Made by a program: the position numbers and the translations under genes
In this document: piece by piece, positions 6,312 through 6,711 of the stretch
Numbering within the stretch: position 1 is the stretch's first letter
How the letters are laid out: each line of letters begins with the position of its first letter
Notes under the pieces: generated by a model
Told to the model about the DNA's origin: nothing
What the model saw: the letters and a program-made list of their open reading frames with translations, nothing else
Databases searched by the model: none
From: Candidatus Heimdallarchaeota archaeon B3_Heim
GTDB lineage: Archaea > Asgardarchaeota > Heimdallarchaeia > Hodarchaeales > Hodarchaeaceae
Assembly: GCA_003144275.1 (NCBI GenBank)
Contig: NJBF01000090.1
Location: 1 to 6,711, forward strand
DNA: 6,711 nt
Reading direction: 5' to 3'

Positions 6312-6505
6312 ACACAACAGCGCTAAACCAAATTGCGTTATAGGATTGTTCATACTATCAGCTTTAGCTGGGCATCGAGCCAAAACGTGCCAGAACATCT
6401 GCTAAACGCAATTTGGCCCCGTCCCTGCGGGCTTTACTTCCGTCTGTGAGCAAGCTCACACGGAATCGCCCTCGGTACGGAACTTCGTTTAGTGCCCGGT
6501 TGAGG
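6312..6505 (+). other. Long (~194 bp) branched attC-like element, degenerate
   Basis: ACACAAC 6312-6318; GCGCTAAAC 6320-6328 pairs with GTTTAGTGC 6487-6495; GTTGAGG 6499-6505. Internal 12-bp perfect IR (6328-6339 / 6405-6416) and a hairpin at 6438-6465. Confidence 0.55.
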
Positions 6506-6522
6506 ATAATAATGATAAGAAC

Positions 6523-6592
6523 ACATAACAAATCGTTCCACCTGAAATTTTTCCGCTTCGCTCCAAAATGCAGGTGAACTCAATCGTTATGC
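6523..6592 (+). other. attC site 3 (70 bp)
   Basis: R'' ACATAAC 6523-6529; TTC(C)ACCTG 6536-6544 pairs with CAGGTGAA 6571-6578 with one extrahelical base; R' GTTATGC 6586-6592. Confidence 0.9.
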
Positions 6593-6620
6593 TGCTAATA
6601 AATAATTAATCGGAGGTAAT

Positions 6621-6711
6621 ATGAGATTGAAGGATAAGGTTTCTATAATAACAGGAGGTCAATCTGGAATTGGATTAGCAACTGCATATCTTTTCGCAAA
6701 AGAAGGAGCAA
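6621..6711 (+). CDS. Short-chain dehydrogenase/reductase (SDR), 5' fragment only
   Basis: RBS GGAGG 6612-6616; MRLKDKVSIITGGQSGIGLATAYLFAKEGA contains the TGxxxGIG Rossmann motif. Confidence 0.9.
   Translation, partial: MRLKDKVSIITGGQSGIGLATAYLFAKEGA

Larger units (their letters stand above)
3365..6711 (+). mobile_element. Integron gene-cassette array (attC cluster, no intI in window; CALIN-like), continues past the window
   Basis: All genes are co-oriented, functionally unrelated and separated by short spacers holding attC-type imperfect inverted repeats with ...AAC / GTT... cores. Confidence 0.85.

Noticed and set aside
6232-6325. Tiny ORFs MLISYYLIFIRK* and MCWLATDTQQR*
   Set aside because: Only 11-12 codons with no other support; cannot be distinguished from chance.

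Overview
AT-rich bacterial window with three parts. (1) 1-818: a minus-strand gene, absent from the ORF track because it runs off the window edge, encoding a probable secreted protein of unknown function. (2) ~1109-3364: two abutting insertion sequences. The first is an IS481-like HTH + rve/DDE transposase split by a -1 shift at an A9G run, preceded by three 22-bp direct repeats and cut at its 3' end. The second is a complete 1087-bp IS1595-family element with 21-bp TIRs, no target duplication and unrelated flanks. (3) 3365-6711: a + strand integron gene-cassette array with no integrase in view. It has three clear attC sites (3989-4086, 4788-4855, 6523-6592) and one long degenerate attC-like element (6312-6505). 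The cassettes carry a gene remnant plus an orphan HEPN putative RNase, an MntA/HepT type VII toxin-antitoxin pair, a signal-peptide-bearing tandem DJ-1/PfpI protein whose first domain lacks the catalytic residues, a nearly empty 17-bp unit, and the start of an SDR oxidoreductase. All calls come from manual reading and translation; no database searches were run.
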